DNA of 64,000 nt from NCBI GenBank assembly GCA_963801355.1, contig CAWDEM010000008.1, forward strand, positions 1,056,001 through 1,120,000. Reading direction: 5' to 3'. How positions within the stretch are numbered: the first letter of the stretch is position 1; the number at the start of each line of letters is the position of its first letter. This DNA is from Ignavibacteriota bacterium. Its GTDB lineage: Bacteria > Bacteroidota > Ignavibacteria > UBA10030 > UBA6906. Below the pieces are notes generated by a model, which saw nothing but the letters and a program-made list of their open reading frames with translations, was not told the origin of the DNA and did not search any database. Below, in pieces: positions 60,116 through 64,000 of this stretch. The position numbers were made by a program, and so were the translations under genes.

Positions 60116-62344
60116 CTACTTGAGCAATAGGAGCTTGCGCGATTGGACGAAGTCTCCTGCTCCGCCTTTGGAGTCACCCCCTTGGGCGGAATCCAAAGGG
60201 CGGACCTGCATGCGATAGAAGTACACGCCGCTGGGCAGACGTGAGCCGTCGAACTTGACTTCGTGGTAGCCTGCATCCTCTTCCCCATTGTGCAGAAGGG
60301 CGACCAGCTCGCCAAGGGTGTTGAAGACTGTCAGGGTCACCTGAGAACGAGCGGGCAGACCGTAGCGGATTGTCGTCGAAGGGTTGAAGGGGTTGGGGTA
60401 GTTCTGTTGAAGCAAGAATTCCTGCGGCAACACGCTTGCCACGGGGTCAATCGAGGTAATCATTTCCGACAAGGGGCGTCGCCACACGCCGCTACCAGAA
60501 GTTCCGGCATAAAGGTTCGTCCCACTGACAACGAGAGACCAGACACTCGTGATTGTCAGACCTGAGCTAGCATCAGTCCAACTTGTGCCGTTGTTGGTGG
60601 TGAGAAAGATGCCGCCGGAAGTCCCAGCGAGCAGATTCGTCCCACTGACGACGAGAGACCAGACATTCGTGTTCGTCAGACCCGCGTTGACCGCAGTCCA
60701 ACTTGTCCCGTTGTTGGTGGTAAGAAAAGCGCCTTCAAAAGTTCCAGCGAAGCGTCTCGTCCCACTGACCGCAAGAGACCGGACACTCTTATTCGACAGA
60801 CCTGAGTTAACCGCAGTCCAACCTGTGCCGTTGTCGGTGCTAAGAAAGACGCCGCCGCCAGAAGTCCCGGCAAAGAGACTCTTCCCGTCGACGACAAGAG
60901 ACTGAACATTCTTGTCTGTCAGACCTGAGTCGACAGCCGTCCAACTTGTGCCGTTGTTGGTTGAAAGAAAGACCCCGCCGCCATATGTTCCGGCTAAGAG
61001 ATTCGTGTCGGAGACGGCAAGAGCACGGACTTGCGTGTTCGTCAAGCCGGTACTTGCGAGGGTCCAGCTTGTGCCGCTGTTGGTGGTAAGAAAGACGCCA
61101 CCGCTATCATTCTGCGCAAGAAGATACGTTCCGTTGCCAACAAGAGACGTGACCCTCGTGTTTGTCACCCCTTCGTTCAACGCAATCCAGTTTGTCCCGT
61201 CATCGGTGGAAAGAAAGCCACCTCCGCCGTAATAGAAGAGAGAGCCTGTCCCCGCAAAGAGCTTTTCCCCGCCGACCGCAAGAGACCAGACTGACGTGTT
61301 GGCCAGGCCAGAGTTGAGCGAACTCCAGCTTGTGCCGCTGTCGGTGGAAAGGAATACACCCCCCCCGGCGCCAATGCCCGCAAAGAGCTTCGCTCCGCCC
61401 ATCCCGTCCGAGGCGGGGCCAACAGCAAGGCTCCGGACCCACGCATTCTTCGGTAGGCCCGAGCTGGCCGCAGTCCAGTTCTTGCCATTGTCCGTTGTGC
61501 GAAAGACGGCATCGCCAGAACCCAAACTGTATGTCCCCGCAAAGACATTCGTACCGAAGACAGCAAGAGTGCCAACCGAACAATTCGTCAAGCCGGCTTG
61601 AGTCCAGCTTGTCCCGTTGTTCGTGGAAAGAAGGACGCCGCCAGAAGTCCCAGCAAAGAGATTCGTCCCACTTGCAGCAAGAGACCCGATATTCGTGTTC
61701 GTGAGACCTGCGTTGACCGCTGTCCAGTTCCCGCCGTTGTTCGTGGAAAGAAAGACACCGCCGTTAGTCCCCGCGAAAAGACTTGTCCCGATGACGGCAA
61801 GAGAGTAGACGAGTGTGTCCGTCAGACCTGAGCTAGCCAACGTCCAGGTCGTACCATTGTCCGTTGAACGATAGACCCCACCTGGGGTCTCACCACCATA
61901 TCACGTGTGCCCTGGGGTACCCGCAAAGAGATACGTGCCACTCACAGCAAAAGACCTGACAAACGCGCTCGTTAAACCTGTAGCAATCCAGCTTTGCCCG
62001 TTATCGGTGGAACGAAAGACTCCACCGCAAAGAGTCCCTGCAAAGAGATACGTCCCGGTTATCCCATTGGAGGCCGGAAAGGCCGCAAGAGAGGAGACCA
62101 CCATATCCGCAAGCCCGGAGTTGACCGCACTCCAGCTTGCTCCATCGTTCGTGGTACGAAAGACACCTCCGGCATCATGAATGCCAAAAAGGGGAAAGCC
62201 TGTTCCCACAAACACATCCGTGCCACTCACAACAATGGCGCCAACCTCACCACCACCGGGACCGCACGTTTGGACCCATTGGGCTGACACACGGGGGCAC
62301 AGCAGAACGATGACGAGTCCGAGGCAAATACATTGAGTGTTCAT
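60116..62344 (-). CDS. BNR/VPS10-like repeat beta-propeller with T9SS CTD, interrupted by one in-frame TGA at 61901-61903
   Basis: ORFs 61901-62365 and 60116-61840 are in the same frame: LFAGTPGHT*YGGETPGGVYRSTDNGTTW; many FAGT.GGVFLSTNNGTSW repeats. Confidence 0.85.
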
Positions 62345-62809
62345 CCAATCCTCCATATAGCGCAAACGTTGTCGGAGATTTCTGACATGAAGTCGGACTC
62401 GTTGTGCCCTCGGGTAGCAGGTTATCGCAGAAACACTCGGCGGCTCGCCGACTCCTGCGCCAGGCCGAAGAAAGCAGGTCCCTCCGATGGATGAAATCCT
62501 TCGGAAATCCGTATGAGAGATGGGAGTGTAAGAGCAGAGGCAAGAATCGGACTTGCGCCCTCAGGTCTCATACGGCAACCGCCCCGTCCACCGCATAGAC
62601 CTATGTGCTATGGCGCAAACCTAAGAAAGGGCATGATCAATGTCAATGGACATCCCTTATGGGGATTCTACTTGAAAACACAAAGCCCCAAGAGATCATG
62701 AGGCTTTCGTCATGCCTATCGTTGCAGAGGGTCTATTGGATGAACATGAGCTTCTTGGTCTCCACGTACGATCCGGCGTGAAGACGAAAGTTTGCTCTCT
62801 TGAAACATT

Positions 62810-62827
62810 TATCGTATTATTACGATA
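62810..62827. promoter_or_regulatory. 7-4-7 palindromic operator upstream of hgcA (ArsR/SmtB-type candidate)
   Basis: TATCGTA-ttat-TACGATA in an AT-rich patch between TTGAAA (62800) and TATAAG (62826). Confidence 0.55.
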
Positions 62828-62840
62828 TAAGATTAAGAAT

Positions 62841-64000
62841 ATGGGAGTCTGCTCTGTGCCAATCCAACCACACATCCGACGGTGTTGTGAGATCGTGAAC
62901 TCACCTGCAATCAAACACGAAGAGTCAGCGGTGAAGCCTTCTGAAACCACTGCCATCGACCCCAGTTCCTGCGGGTGTGCGAAGTCCAAATCAGCACCAA
63001 GACATCCGACCGTGGGAGCCATTGAAACTTCCGAAAAATCGATTCCGCAGATGTCGACGCGCCTTCAAGCAACCGATCATCTCGGCGCAGTGATGGTGCG
63101 TTTGGGTATCCGAAGGGACCGCTACCGGATCGAGCCAGGATTATATGCCGTCGGAACACCCGATGAACGCTCCGATGTGCTTGTGACCGCCAACTACAAA
63201 CTGACCGTCGATTCGGTGCGAAAGAACCTCACGGGTCTAAACGTTTGGCTTCTGGTGCTTGACACAAAAGGAATCAACGTTTGGTGTGCCGCAGGGAAAG
63301 GCACTTTCGGCACCGACGAGCTTGTTAACCGCATCAAACTGACTTCGCTTGAGACAGTTGTCAGGCACAGGCGCCTCATTCTTCCCCAACTCGGTGCTGT
63401 GGGTGTCGCGGCACATCTCGTGAAGCAGCGTTCAGGATTCACTGTGCTCTACGGGCCGGTGCGGGCGACAGACATACCCGCATATATTCAGGCTTCATAT
63501 AAGGCGACAAAGGAAATGCGCCTGGTGAACTTTGGGTTGGTAGATCGCGCGAAACTTATCCCCAATGATTTCGTGTACGGCATGCGCTATCTGCTCGCGG
63601 CAGCGGGTGTGCTCCTCCTTCTCTCGGGCATCACCAAAGAAGGCTTCTCAATCCGGCAGGCACTCGAACACAGCGATTCTACGATTCGCAATCTGGGTCT
63701 GGGGTATTGCGCCGGGATAATCTTCACACCCCTGTTTCTTCCCCTCATACCCACCCGTCCGTTTGCGCTGAAGGGTGGGCTCATCGGTGTGTTCCTCTCA
63801 GCCCTGCTCCTGTTTGTCCTCCGGCCGGTGACTAATCCCGGAGAAACAATCGCCTGGGCCTTGATGATAACGAGTGTTTCATCATTCATGGCAATGAATT
63901 TCACGGGATCTTCGACATACACATCGTTGTCGGGCGTGAAGAGAGAGATGAAGGTCGCAGTTCCCATTCAACTATCTTCAGCCGTGCTTGCCGCAATTCT
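62841..64000 (+). CDS. hgcA: Mercury methylation corrinoid protein HgcA (3' end outside the window; start uncertain: 62841, 62895 or 62931)
   Basis: Missing from the ORF track. Manual translation: ...RYRIEPGLYAVG.PD..SDVLVTANYKLT...WLLVLDTKGINVWCAAGKGTFGT.EL...LILPQLGAVGV...YGPVRA.DIP..., then TM helices and MNFTGSSTYTSLSGVKREM. Confidence 0.95.
   Translation, partial: MGVCSVPIQPHIRRCCEIVNSPAIKHEESAVKPSETTAIDPSSCGCAKSKSAPRHPTVGAIETSEKSIPQMSTRLQATDHLGAVMVRLGIRRDRYRIEPGLYAVGTPDERSDVLVTANYKLTVDSVRKNLTGLNVWLLVLDTKGINVWCAAGKGTFGTDELVNRIKLTSLETVVRHRRLILPQLGAVGVAAHLVKQRSGFTVLYGPVRATDIPAYIQASYKATKEMRLVNFGLVDRAKLIPNDFVYGMRYLLAAAGVLLLLSGITKEGFSIRQALEHSDSTIRNLGLGYCAGIIFTPLFLPLIPTRPFALKGGLIGVFLSALLLFVLRPVTNPGETIAWALMITSVSSFMAMNFTGSSTYTSLSGVKREMKVAVPIQLSSAVLAAI

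Noticed and set aside
60116-62344. Genome-wide TGA recoding (alternative genetic code)
   Set aside because: Many other genes here end in TGA at expected C-termini, for example higA and the CTD gene ending at 36483.
62841-63050. Selenocysteine (CU) in the HgcA N-terminus
   Set aside because: No in-frame TGA; the tga at 62888-62890 is out of frame.
62696-63967. Minus-strand short ORFs
   Set aside because: They are antisense shadows of hgcA and its upstream region.
63051-64000. CdhE/AcsC (CFeSP large subunit) instead of HgcA
   Set aside because: NVWCAAGK with Cys, C-terminal TM helices and the NFTGSSTYTS motif are HgcA features; no TIM-barrel region is present.

Overview
A GC-rich bacterial accessory region, most likely from an Ignavibacteria-like member of the Bacteroidota/FCB lineage. 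The evidence for this is at least seven type IX secretion (T9SS) type-A C-terminal sorting domains (YPNPFNP...K-x-x-L-L-K/R) and one textbook TTTG-N20-TAnnTTTG promoter. The window is dominated by secreted or periplasmic hydrolases (arylsulfate sulfotransferase, Zn-phospholipase-like protein, CE15 esterase, S8, S9A, M6, M20, M28 and Ntn-hydrolases), three Hanks-type Ser/Thr kinases, a HigBA toxin-antitoxin pair and an orphan HicB. Two genes run off the window ends and are absent from the ORF track: an arylsulfate sulfotransferase (minus, <1-1964) and the mercury-methylation gene hgcA (plus, about 62841 to >64000, NVWCAAGK motif), which has a Cys-rich N-terminal extension and a palindromic operator. 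The main leads are: (1) hgcA; (2) the divergently oriented T9SS beta-propeller gene next to it, with an in-frame TGA followed by a SECIS-like hairpin; (3) an M6 protease ending in a dockerin-like tail, encoded next to a cohesin-like T9SS adaptor; (4) in-frame palindromic inserts in three T9SS tails; (5) duplication scars and a tRNA-Asp 3' remnant next to a low-GC gene. Five +1 frameshifts are probably sequencing errors. Family calls come from motif recognition by eye; no database search was run.
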